DNA from: Planctomycetota bacterium
GTDB lineage: Bacteria > Planctomycetota > UBA1135 > UBA2386
Length of the DNA: 64,000 nucleotides
NCBI GenBank assembly: GCA_947501605.1
Contig: CANMWZ010000007.1
Span: 61,921 to 125,920 of the forward strand
Direction of reading: 5' to 3'
The translations under genes and the position numbers were made by a program. The notes below the pieces were generated by a model. It saw only the letters and a program-made list of their open reading frames with translations. It did not search any database and had not been told where the DNA came from. Within the stretch, counting starts at the first letter, position 1; the number at the start of each line of letters is the position of its first letter. Below are positions 48,638 through 57,658 of this stretch, piece by piece.

Positions 48638-49860
48638 AGGTCGCGCTGCTGAGTTCGAACTTCCCGCCTGAGATCCATGCCGGCACGGAAATGGTGGTGG
48701 TGGCACTCGGCCACGCGCTGCAGCGACTCGGTATCGAGCCGGTCGTGATCACCTCCAGCGAGAAGGTCCACTCCGGTTCCGATCTGCAGCGCGAAGTGTA
48801 TGAAGGCATGGACGTCGTGCGGGTGTGGAAGCACCTTGACGAATGGGACCAGCATCGGCTGGATCGACCGCGGCTCACTTCAATCGTCGAACGCGTGCTC
48901 GCTGACGAACGACCTGACGTGTTGCACGTGCACTCGTTCTCGCAGCTCGGGGCAGGAATCACACAGAGTGCGCGCCGGCACAGCATCGGCACCGTGATGA
49001 CGTTTCACGACGTTTGGGTGACGTGCCCGCGCTTCTTCCGCGTGCCGCCTCCCGGGCACGGTATCGAGTGCCCGCGTGGGGCCGAGCGCGAGGTCTGCGT
49101 ACGCTGCTGCAACCTCGAACTGCATCATCCGGACCTTGCACTCGTCCGGCGCGCCGTTCATGGCCGCGATGCCAGCGTGCGCCGCGAAGTCGAAGCTGCG
49201 CAAGAACTGACCGCGCCGACCCAGACGGCCGCACGGATGGTCCAAGAGAACCTGCCGTGTCCGCGGCCCATCGCAGTAGTCCCGCACGGCCTGCTGCGCC
49301 CGTTGCCCGCTACGGAGCGAGCCTTGGCTTTGCAGCCCGGCGAGCGCTTGCGAATCGGCACCTACGGCAACCTCGTCGAGCCCAAGGGCGTACTCGAACT
49401 GGTGGCGGCCGCCGCTGGTCTCGATTGTGAACTGCATCTGGCCGGCGCTTTCCTCGATCCAGGCTTCGAGCGGACCGTGCGTGGCCTCTGCGTGCAGTTG
49501 GGTGTCGATCTGCACTATCACGGGGCCTACAGCCCGGCCATGCCGCATCCGGCGCTCCGGCTGCACCTCGCGGTGTTTCCCTCGAAGTGTCAGGAGACCT
49601 ACGGCCTCGTGGTCGATGAGGCGCTGGCGCGCGGTGTGCCCGCCGTCGTCTCCGACCAGGGTGCGTTGGTCGAACGCGGTGCGCACGGCGGAGTCGTCGT
49701 GAGTTCGCTTCCGAACCTCCGGCTTACCCTGCACGATGTCGGCCGCAGTCCCGAACGGCTCGCCGCGCTGCGTTCGTCGGTGCCCGCCGACCTCGGTTCG
49801 ATCGACGGCGCGGCGCAGCGCTACGTCGAGCTGTACGAGAAGGCGCGATCGGCCCGATGA
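48634..49860 (+). CDS. Glycosyltransferase family 4
   Basis: GTG start with GTGA overlap; FPPE..AGTE, PDVLHVH and PSKCQETYGLVVDEA motifs. Confidence 0.88.
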   Translation: MKVALLSSNFPPEIHAGTEMVVVALGHALQRLGIEPVVITSSEKVHSGSDLQREVYEGMDVVRVWKHLDEWDQHRLDRPRLTSIVERVLADERPDVLHVHSFSQLGAGITQSARRHSIGTVMTFHDVWVTCPRFFRVPPPGHGIECPRGAEREVCVRCCNLELHHPDLALVRRAVHGRDASVRREVEAAQELTAPTQTAARMVQENLPCPRPIAVVPHGLLRPLPATERALALQPGERLRIGTYGNLVEPKGVLELVAAAAGLDCELHLAGAFLDPGFERTVRGLCVQLGVDLHYHGAYSPAMPHPALRLHLAVFPSKCQETYGLVVDEALARGVPAVVSDQGALVERGAHGGVVVSSLPNLRLTLHDVGRSPERLAALRSSVPADLGSIDGAAQRYVELYEKARSAR

Positions 49861-50591
49861 ACCACCTCTTCTGTCCACTGCTCGACAAGAACAGGCTGCG
49901 CCAACCGGTGTTGGTGCTGGCCGCGCATCCCGACGACGAGGTCATCGGCGCCGGAGCCATGCTTGCGCACCATGCCGCAGCGGGGCACGAGGTGACCGTG
50001 GTGCACATGACCGACGGCGCGCAAGGCGATCCAGACGGTGCGACCAACGACATCGTCGCGACGCGGCGAGCCGAAGGCCGCGAAGCACTGCGGCGCCTCG
50101 GCCTCGACGAGCCCGTGCGCTGGAACCTACCCGACGGCGGCCTGCCCGAGGTGCTACCCGAAATCGAGCGTCGCACGCGCGACCTGTTTCTGCGGATCCA
50201 GCCAAAGACGCTCTACTCCTTTTGGTTCGGCGAGGCCCATCGCGATCATCGGGCTGTTGCGGTTGCGGCGATGCGGGCGGCTTCGGCTCTGCCGGCTGAC
50301 TGCCGTTGCCTGCTGTTCGGCGTCAACTACTTCCCCGCGGCGAGTGCACTGTTCGATACCTCTTCGCTGTGGCCCAAGAAGCGTCACGCGCTCGAGGCCT
50401 ATGCGAGCCAGATCGTCTACTTCGACATCCCTGGCCTCGGTGACCATCGCGATCGGACGGCAACCATCAACGTCAACGTTGCCGGTGTGACGCACGCCGA
50501 GATGTTCACCGACCTCCGACCCGATCAACTCGCTCGTGCCCACGACCTCTGGGCCCCACTGCACCGCATGCTGCTCGAAGGCGGATCATGA
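49857..50591 (+). CDS. PIG-L/LmbE family N-acetylsugar deacetylase
   Basis: AHPDDE, RRAE and HRDH motifs. Confidence 0.9.
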   Translation: MNHLFCPLLDKNRLRQPVLVLAAHPDDEVIGAGAMLAHHAAAGHEVTVVHMTDGAQGDPDGATNDIVATRRAEGREALRRLGLDEPVRWNLPDGGLPEVLPEIERRTRDLFLRIQPKTLYSFWFGEAHRDHRAVAVAAMRAASALPADCRCLLFGVNYFPAASALFDTSSLWPKKRHALEAYASQIVYFDIPGLGDHRDRTATINVNVAGVTHAEMFTDLRPDQLARAHDLWAPLHRMLLEGGS

Positions 50592-51511
50592 AGAAGCCGA
50601 CCGTTTCCCTGGTGATTTCGGTCTGGAACCGGAAGCACGACCTTCGCGACAACTTGCGGGCGATCGCGGCGCAGACGGTGCCTGCCGACGAGGTCATCGT
50701 CGTCGACAACTGCAGCCGGGACGGCACGCCGGAGATGGTGCGCGCCGAGTTCCCGTTCGTGAAACTGATCTGCATGCCGCACTCTGCCTATGGCGCCTGC
50801 GAGACGTTCAACGTCGGTTTCGCCAGCGCCGCCGGCGAGTTCGTCGGCATCCTCGACGACGATGTCGTGCTCGGCGCCCGCTTCGTCGAAGACATGATGG
50901 CGAAGTTCGCGACCGAGCCAGCAACGACCGCAATTCTCTCGCCCAAGGTGCTCGAACCGGAGATGCCAGAGTGGTACGCGGACTCGCCGGCGGTCAACAC
51001 CGAGCGCTACCTTGCGACCTTCCGCGGTTGCGGTTCGATGGCGCGCCACGCGGCCATTCGCAAGGCGGGCTACTACGACATCCGCTTCTTCATCTTCGGC
51101 AATGAGCGCGATCTCACGACCCGGTTGCTGAACCTCGGCTACCGGGCCAAGACGGTGCCGAGTATCGAGGTCTTCCACAAGGCGCCGTTCGGCATGCGCC
51201 ACGGCAAGCGGAGCCTCTATTTCCATGTCCGCAACTTCTGGCTCTACGCCTTCAAGTACGCGCCTTGGTCGATGGTCTTGGGGTTCCCCTTCGCGTTCGT
51301 CCTGGGCAAACTCGGCAGCAAGAAGAAGGGCAAGGGCGGCGAGGTCGCCGACGCGATCGGCACCATCGGTCTGTTCGAGAACATTCGGGCGGTGAAATGG
51401 GGCTTCTGGATCTGCATCAAGGCCTCGCTCGCGTCGTTGTGGCATCTACCGTACTGCCTGAAGCACCGGCAGGTCTGTCGGCACGAGGACTTCGAGTTGC
51501 CGCTGAAGTGA
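50588..51511 (+). CDS. Glycosyltransferase family 2
   Basis: VIVVDNCSRDGT, LDDD and FFIFGNERDL motifs. Confidence 0.9.
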   Translation: MKKPTVSLVISVWNRKHDLRDNLRAIAAQTVPADEVIVVDNCSRDGTPEMVRAEFPFVKLICMPHSAYGACETFNVGFASAAGEFVGILDDDVVLGARFVEDMMAKFATEPATTAILSPKVLEPEMPEWYADSPAVNTERYLATFRGCGSMARHAAIRKAGYYDIRFFIFGNERDLTTRLLNLGYRAKTVPSIEVFHKAPFGMRHGKRSLYFHVRNFWLYAFKYAPWSMVLGFPFAFVLGKLGSKKKGKGGEVADAIGTIGLFENIRAVKWGFWICIKASLASLWHLPYCLKHRQVCRHEDFELPLK

Positions 51512-51878
51512 CGCGGCCCGACCGGGGTGCGTGTGCGCCACTCGGTCGGCGCGGCCCTTGGTCGCGACTCGTGCGAAAAATGTTGTGCGACTTTCGCGCG
51601 CGTCGCATCACGGCGTGCACCCGCCGAACGCAGACAGTGTGCGGCCTTGGTCCGCCTTTCGCCGTTTGTTTGGGGCTGTCGAACACGGTCGCTACGCACA
51701 GTTCCGAGCGCGACTCACGAGCTTTCCCATCGTGTTTGTGCGTCACTTCTACATGGCGAGACGGTCGCTGCCGGCTCGCCGTGGTTACTCCGAAGTCCGG
51801 TGCTTCAAACGCGTGCAAAGGTTCCAACCGAGCGCGCCAGAGAGGCCCGGTGGATGGAGACAAGAGATGTGCAAGGGA

Positions 51879-51917
51879 GGGTGATCGCCTTACGGGAGGC
51901 GATCACCCGTTTCTCTC
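51879..51917 (+). terminator. Intrinsic terminator-like hairpin
   Basis: Perfect 12-bp stem GGGTGATCGCCT-tacggg-AGGCGATCACCC followed by GTTTCTCTC. Confidence 0.7.
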
Positions 51918-51958
51918 GGGTGGAGACCGAGACCGCGCGGCGTAGGATCCCCGCCCCC

Positions 51959-53020
51959 GTGATCTCCGCGATCGTCGTCAACTGGAATGGCAAGGACTAC
52001 CTAGCCGCGTGCCTGCAGGCGCTGTTGGGTCAGCAGCCGCCCCCCGACGAACTGATCGTGGTGGACAACCACAGCGACGACGGCTCGCGCGAATACGTCA
52101 GCGAGCGGTTCCCGTCCGTGCGCATCATCGACAGCGGCAGCAACGATGGCCCTTGCCGAGCGCGCAACCTCGGGGTCGCGGAAGCGAAGTACGACCTGTG
52201 CCTGCTGGTCGACAACGATGTCGTGCTGCAAACCGGTGCGCTGCGTGCACTCCGCGCGGCGATCGACATCGACGCGCGTACCGCGATGGTGCAGGCCCGC
52301 TCGCTTTGCTCCGACGAGCCTGACCGCGTGCATTACGACTCGGCCGACCTGCACTTCCTCGGCACACTGGTCTTGCACAACTGGTATCGCAAACTGGAAG
52401 AGGCGCCATGGCCCGCAGGCCCCGTCGGCGCTGCGATTGCCTTGTGCGTGCTCGTTCGGCGCCGGCCGTACCTTGACGTTGGCGGCTTCGACCAGAACCT
52501 CTTCATCCTCTACGAGGACAACCAGCTGAGCTACAAGCTGCGCATGCGCGGTCACCTCGTGCGACTCGCCGAAGGAGCGCTTTGCCTGCACCGTGGCGGC
52601 ACAGCCGGCTTGTCGGTCCGAGGGAGCAGCAGTGCTTCGTACTCTGGGCGGCGGACGTTCTTGCACAGTCGCAATCGCTGGTACGTGCTGCTGACCTGCA
52701 TGCGCTGGCGCACCCTGTTGCTGACCTTGCCGGTTCAGCTGCTGTATGGCGCCGTCTACGCCGGTTTCGGCCACGCGCGCGGCCATGTGCGCGACTGGTG
52801 GGCCGGCAAGCTAGAGCTCGTCCGCCTCGTGCCGGTGGCATTGCGGGCGCGCAAGTTGGTGCAGCGTGGGCGAACAGTGCCCGACCGCGAACTGCTGGTC
52901 GCAGCGCCGTTGACACTGAATCCAGGTCTTGCGGAGACCGGCGGCAAGGGGCTGCTGCGGCGCTCGCTCGACGGCACGTTCTCGGTGTGGTGGACCTGCG
53001 TGCGGAGGTTGTGTGGCTGA
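51959..53020 (+). CDS. Glycosyltransferase family 2
   Basis: ISAIVVNWNG, VVDNHSDDGS, DND and LFILYED motifs. TAGGAT -10 hexamer upstream. Confidence 0.88.
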   Translation: MISAIVVNWNGKDYLAACLQALLGQQPPPDELIVVDNHSDDGSREYVSERFPSVRIIDSGSNDGPCRARNLGVAEAKYDLCLLVDNDVVLQTGALRALRAAIDIDARTAMVQARSLCSDEPDRVHYDSADLHFLGTLVLHNWYRKLEEAPWPAGPVGAAIALCVLVRRRPYLDVGGFDQNLFILYEDNQLSYKLRMRGHLVRLAEGALCLHRGGTAGLSVRGSSSASYSGRRTFLHSRNRWYVLLTCMRWRTLLLTLPVQLLYGAVYAGFGHARGHVRDWWAGKLELVRLVPVALRARKLVQRGRTVPDRELLVAAPLTLNPGLAETGGKGLLRRSLDGTFSVWWTCVRRLCG

Positions 53021-53927
53021 CATCGCAGCGCTACTGCTCAACTGGCGGCAACCGGAGCTCACGGTCCAGTGTCTCCGCGACTTGGTCGCTGCGGCGGTAC
53101 CAGGTCTACGCATCGCGGTCATCGACAACGGTTCGAGCGATGGCTCGGTCGAGGCACTCGAGCCGGCAGTCGCATCGGCCAACAGAGCCGGCGTGCCGAC
53201 GCAGTTGCTCGTGCTGCAGCAGAACCTCGGGTTTACCGGCGGAATGAATGTCGGGTTCGAATGGAGCAAGCAGCAGCGGTGCGAGTTCGCGTTGGTGCTC
53301 AACAACGACTTGAGATTGCAGCCCGGGTTTCTCGAGCCTTTGGTGGCGACGCTGCAGAACGACGTGCGTGTTGCCGCCGTCACTCCGACGGTCCTCTACC
53401 CCGATGGGACGGTGTGGGCGCAGGGCGGCAGCCTTGGGTTCTGTCCGAATGCGCTGCGCTTGCGCGGCAACGGTGACCGACCAGCGCCGGTCGACAGCGG
53501 GCCGGAGTCGATTGACTTCGCGCCGGGCGCTTGCGTGCTGTTTCGGCTGGCGGAAGTGCTTCTGGTCGGTGGCTTCGACGAGCGCTACTTCATGTACTGG
53601 GAAGACGTGGACCTCAGTCTGCGCCTCAAGGCACGCGGCGGGCGAGTCGTCTGGTTGCCGTGGGTTCGCGTCACGCATCTCGGCGGGGCCTCAGCCGGCG
53701 GTGGGCGGTCGCCGCTGCGCAAGTACCTGATGGCGAAGAACAGCCTCCGCTTCTTGAAGACACACGGCTCCCTCAAGCAGTGGATTGCACTCCTGTTGCT
53801 CGACGTGATGTCGCTACCAGTGCTGCTGGTGTTGCGGCCACGTGCGTTCGTCGCGAAGGCCAGCGGTCTGCTCGCCGGGTTCGTCGGCTCCTCGTCGACG
53901 GCGAGCGACGTCACGCGCTGGGCGTAG
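53013..53927 (+). CDS. Glycosyltransferase family 2
   Basis: GGAGG RBS; IDNGSSDGS, NLGFTGG.N, LNND and FDERYFMYWEDVD motifs. Confidence 0.9.
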   Translation: MADIAALLLNWRQPELTVQCLRDLVAAAVPGLRIAVIDNGSSDGSVEALEPAVASANRAGVPTQLLVLQQNLGFTGGMNVGFEWSKQQRCEFALVLNNDLRLQPGFLEPLVATLQNDVRVAAVTPTVLYPDGTVWAQGGSLGFCPNALRLRGNGDRPAPVDSGPESIDFAPGACVLFRLAEVLLVGGFDERYFMYWEDVDLSLRLKARGGRVVWLPWVRVTHLGGASAGGGRSPLRKYLMAKNSLRFLKTHGSLKQWIALLLLDVMSLPVLLVLRPRAFVAKASGLLAGFVGSSSTASDVTRWA

Positions 53928-53938
53928 CGATCGTCGGT

Positions 53939-55243
53939 TCAGCGGGCGATTGCGCGCTGTGCGATCGCGACGCGCTCGCTGGGCTGTGCCGTTCGCAATT
54001 GCGAGCGCAGTCGCTCGATCGCCCGTCGTTCGTCCCCGTCGGTCAACAAGTCTTCGTGCCGTGTGCGCGTGCGCGCGGGATCCGGCAAGTCGTCGGTGTC
54101 GCCGGCCGCAAATGCGACCAGAGCGTTTGCCTTCTGCGCGAACAGTCGCACGGTCTCGTCGTCGACCACGCGCTCGTTCGGGGATCGCAGTGTCGCCAGC
54201 AGTGTCAATGCACCGCCGCCTTCCAAGTTGCGTGCAGCGGCGAACAGGCGCTTGCTGCGGACCAGCGCTTGGCAGTGCATGTCGGCCGTGGCGAGACGTC
54301 CTGAGCGCGGGCGGTCGAGCTGGCCAGCGCGCGCCAACGACGACAGGGAATCGAAAACGAACAGCACCCGGGCGCCCGCTTCGGCTTCGCGCTGGGCTGC
54401 CGCGAGCGCCAGTTCGGCGACGTCGATCTGACGCGAAGGCGGTTCGTCAAAGGTTGCAGCGACAACGCAGCCCCGCGGCAATGCCGCTGCGAACACGGTG
54501 CGCTCCTCAGGGGCAGCGTCGAGCAGGCAGGCGCGCACGCAGATCGATGGATCGGCACGGAGTGCGGCGGTGGCGACGCGACGAAGCAGGTCGAGGCGGT
54601 CGATGCGTTCGTCGCCGAAGTCCAGCAGCACCCGCTGCCCGTGGCCCCAGGGCGATAGCGCCCGCATGGTGCGCAGCGGGAGGTCGTCCACCGTTGGCTC
54701 GAGCATGAGCGGCGTCGTGGGCAACACCGGCGTGCGCAGCTCAAAAGGCACGCGTGTGCGATGCTCGGCGAACGGGCGACCGGCCACGGTCTCAACCCGC
54801 AGCAATGCGGCAAACTGCTCGGTCGCCCGCGGCGGGCGCGCGGGTCCTTCGATCAGCAGGCCCGTGCGCAGTCCTAGGTGGTGGAGTTGGTTGCCGGTGA
54901 CGTAGACATCGTCGGCACTGGGAGCGAAGTCGGCGACCGAGGAACGCAGGAACCCGAACCCGTCCGGCGTCACGTCGAGGATGCCGCGAACCCAGCCGAT
55001 GCCGAACTGGCGCGCCCGATGGTGCAGCAGCAGCGCCCGCATGAGCGCTGGCGGCGAGCCGGGTGGCGCTTCTAGGCCGTCGCCGGCGAGGGCCGCGGTG
55101 AGGCCTGCTAGGTCGAGATCTTGAAGGAGCCGTGTGTCTGCTCCGGTGCGGATCACTGCTTCGTAGAGTTCGGTCCTGTCTTCCGGCGGGAGGGTCTCGA
55201 GTACCGCGGCGCTGAACTCAGGCTTTTGGGGCTTCGGGCTCAT
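53939..55243 (-). CDS. rho: Transcription termination factor Rho homolog with degenerate ATPase motifs
   Basis: Rho RNA-binding domain (GILDVTPDGFGFLRS, DDVYV, LRTG, ALLRVETV) and C-terminal LF.AARNLEGGG.LT and TRHEDLL. Walker A is absent. Confidence 0.8.
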   Translation of the reverse strand: MSPKPQKPEFSAAVLETLPPEDRTELYEAVIRTGADTRLLQDLDLAGLTAALAGDGLEAPPGSPPALMRALLLHHRARQFGIGWVRGILDVTPDGFGFLRSSVADFAPSADDVYVTGNQLHHLGLRTGLLIEGPARPPRATEQFAALLRVETVAGRPFAEHRTRVPFELRTPVLPTTPLMLEPTVDDLPLRTMRALSPWGHGQRVLLDFGDERIDRLDLLRRVATAALRADPSICVRACLLDAAPEERTVFAAALPRGCVVAATFDEPPSRQIDVAELALAAAQREAEAGARVLFVFDSLSSLARAGQLDRPRSGRLATADMHCQALVRSKRLFAAARNLEGGGALTLLATLRSPNERVVDDETVRLFAQKANALVAFAAGDTDDLPDPARTRTRHEDLLTDGDERRAIERLRSQLRTAQPSERVAIAQRAIAR

Positions 55244-55890
55244 CGTGTCGCCTCGGTGAGGCGCGTCAGTAGTCCCGCCACCTGTCGTCGCAGGTCGTCG
55301 AGAGAGCCGTCGTTGTCGAGGAGGAAGTTGGCGCGCGCCCGCTTCTCGGAAAGGGGCGCTTGAGCGGCTTCGCGCCGCGCCAGCTCGGCTGGTTCCCAGC
55401 CGCGTTCTGCCGCGCGGGCGGACCTCGTCGCCTCGCTGGCGGCGACGAACACGACATAGTCGCACTCGCCGATCAGGCCGCGCTCGAGGAGTAGCGGAAC
55501 GTCGAGCAGGACCGATGTGGCCTCGCTGCGCGCTTTGGCGAGATCGAGCAGGATCGCCGCGCGGACCGGAGGGTGGGTGAGCGCTTCGAGCCGTGCCCTG
55601 GCGGCTGGGTCCGAGAAAATCATGACGGCCAATCGCTGCCGGTCGAGGCGGCCGTCGGCGCCGACGACGTCTGGGCCCAGGTCGCGCGCCACCGCCTGTA
55701 TGACCTCGGGACGCGCGCTCACCTGGCGAGCGATGCCATCGGCATCAATGTGCCGAACACCGTGGGCCGCAAAGGCCGTCGCGACTGCGGATTTGCCCGC
55801 CGCGATTCCGCCCAAGATCCCGATGACAACGGGCGGGCGGGGTCGGAACGGCAAGGGCTCCAGAGGCTGGTTCTGCGGGGTTCCCGACAC
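55240..55890 (-). CDS. coaE: Dephospho-CoA kinase
   Basis: IGILGGIAAGKS, IDAD, LEALTHP, DVPLLLE and DNDG motifs. Start approximate. Confidence 0.93.
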   Translation of the reverse strand: MSGTPQNQPLEPLPFRPRPPVVIGILGGIAAGKSAVATAFAAHGVRHIDADGIARQVSARPEVIQAVARDLGPDVVGADGRLDRQRLAVMIFSDPAARARLEALTHPPVRAAILLDLAKARSEATSVLLDVPLLLERGLIGECDYVVFVAASEATRSARAAERGWEPAELARREAAQAPLSEKRARANFLLDNDGSLDDLRRQVAGLLTRLTEATR

Positions 55891-56189
55891 CACAGCATCC
55901 TGCCGTGCCCGGGGGGCTGGGCGCAAGCGCGTCGGCAGGCTCCTTGACCTGCCCTTCGGGAGCTTCCTAGAATCTGCCCCTCGCGATGACCGGCATCTCT
56001 GCTGTTCGCGGAAGCAACGCAGCAGCGGACGGTTCTGGCAAGAGCCCACTAGGCTCCCTCATCGTCACTACCCTCTCCAATCGAGCTAGACTCCCCATAG
56101 CTTCGATTCGTAACTCCCACTCGTTCGCCCAGATCCGCTGGTCTCTCCGACCGCCGGACACCCGACAGACCCCACTGGAGCCTCGGCCA

Positions 56190-57473
56190 ATGCAAACCCG
56201 TCAGAGCGGCGCCGCCCACGTCCCGATCATGTTCTTCCTGATCCTCCTGGTGATGTTCCTGGGAGCGTTGGCGTATGCCTACGTGACCACGGATGCCAAC
56301 ACCAACCTGCGCACCGACAACGCGACGCTGCGGGCGGAGTTGAAGACGAACAAGGGGCAGTCGCTGCTGCTCCGCCACTACGTCGAAGACCTTGGTGCAG
56401 TCATCGGGCTGCCCGGCAAGTACACCGGCAAGCCAGAAGCGTCTGCCGAGGTCTACGAGAACAGCTCGCTCGATGGCGTCGCTGGGGTCGTGGATCCCAA
56501 GGAGCTCAAGCAGCGCCTGGACGCATTCGGCAACAACCTGGGGCTGGCCGCCACGCGCGGGATCGAGGACCTGTTCGCCGCGGTCGTCAACCAGAAGGCG
56601 AGTCTCGACAAGCGCATCACCGACGTCTCGACGGAGCGCGACGTGGCCCTGGCTGCCAAGAACGCTACCGACTCGAAGTTCTCCGAAGCCACGACGGCGC
56701 ACACGAGCGCCAGCCTCGAGATGCGCAAAACGCTCGAGCAGACTCGCGCGGACTTCGACAGCGGCAAGACCGAACTGCAGAACCGCATTGGTCTGTTGCA
56801 GCAAAACGTGCGCGACCGCGACAAGCAGCTCGGCGACGAGAAGGAGACGCACACGACCGAGCGCAAGGATCTGCAAGGGCAGATCGGCAAGCTCCAGATG
56901 CACAACACGGCCCTGGTCGACAAGGACAAGATGCGTGTTCCGCCGACCGTCGCGGACGGCAGCATCCTCGTGGCCAAGAGCGGTCTCGCGAGCGCGTTCA
57001 TCAGCCTCGGCAAGAAGGACATGCTGCAACCAGGCACGATCTTCCAGATCAAGAACCTGAGCAACGACGCCGTGAAGGGTTACGCCACGGTCACGCGCGT
57101 CGAGGCGGAACGCGCCGAAGTCACGCTGTCGGGCCTGGTCGATGCGATTGGTGATCCGGTCCGCGACGGCGACCAGCTCTTCAACGAGCTCTACAGCCCA
57201 GGCGCCAGCAGCAAGCGCACGATCTTCCTGCTTGGCCGCTTCAGCTACCCGCACCACAAGCCGCAGCTGGAGCTGTTGCTCGAGAACCTCGGCAACACCG
57301 TCGTCAGCAAGATGGGCCCGGGAGTCGACACCGTGATCCTCGGCGACGACGCGATCAACGAGGCCGGCGACGGCTTCAGCAAGGTCGAGGAGTCCGAGGA
57401 GTACAAGGCCGCAACGATGCTCGGCGTCGAGTTCGTGCCGATGCGCAAGATTCGCGACATCGTCAAGCCGTGA
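56190..57473 (+). CDS. Membrane-anchored coiled-coil protein with beta-barrel and BRCT-like C-terminal domain
   Basis: GGAG RBS, N-terminal TM, long heptad region, ISLGKKD.LQPG..F region, then F.LGRF...LG..V...D.VILG...A..LGV (BRCT-like). Confidence 0.7.
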   Translation: MQTRQSGAAHVPIMFFLILLVMFLGALAYAYVTTDANTNLRTDNATLRAELKTNKGQSLLLRHYVEDLGAVIGLPGKYTGKPEASAEVYENSSLDGVAGVVDPKELKQRLDAFGNNLGLAATRGIEDLFAAVVNQKASLDKRITDVSTERDVALAAKNATDSKFSEATTAHTSASLEMRKTLEQTRADFDSGKTELQNRIGLLQQNVRDRDKQLGDEKETHTTERKDLQGQIGKLQMHNTALVDKDKMRVPPTVADGSILVAKSGLASAFISLGKKDMLQPGTIFQIKNLSNDAVKGYATVTRVEAERAEVTLSGLVDAIGDPVRDGDQLFNELYSPGASSKRTIFLLGRFSYPHHKPQLELLLENLGNTVVSKMGPGVDTVILGDDAINEAGDGFSKVEESEEYKAATMLGVEFVPMRKIRDIVKP

Positions 57474-57658
57474 TCGTGATCGGCTGATCGAACGAAGCTG
57501 CCAGGACGAGATCGAGAGGCGGCTCGCACCGAGCTTTCGATTCCGCGCGGGCCGCGCTCACCGACATGGTGGACGCGGCCCGCGTCGTTTGCGGCGCACG
57601 CTTCCTGGATTCCTGCCGATGGCGCATGCCATTGCCGGGGCTATCGTGCACCGCCTTG

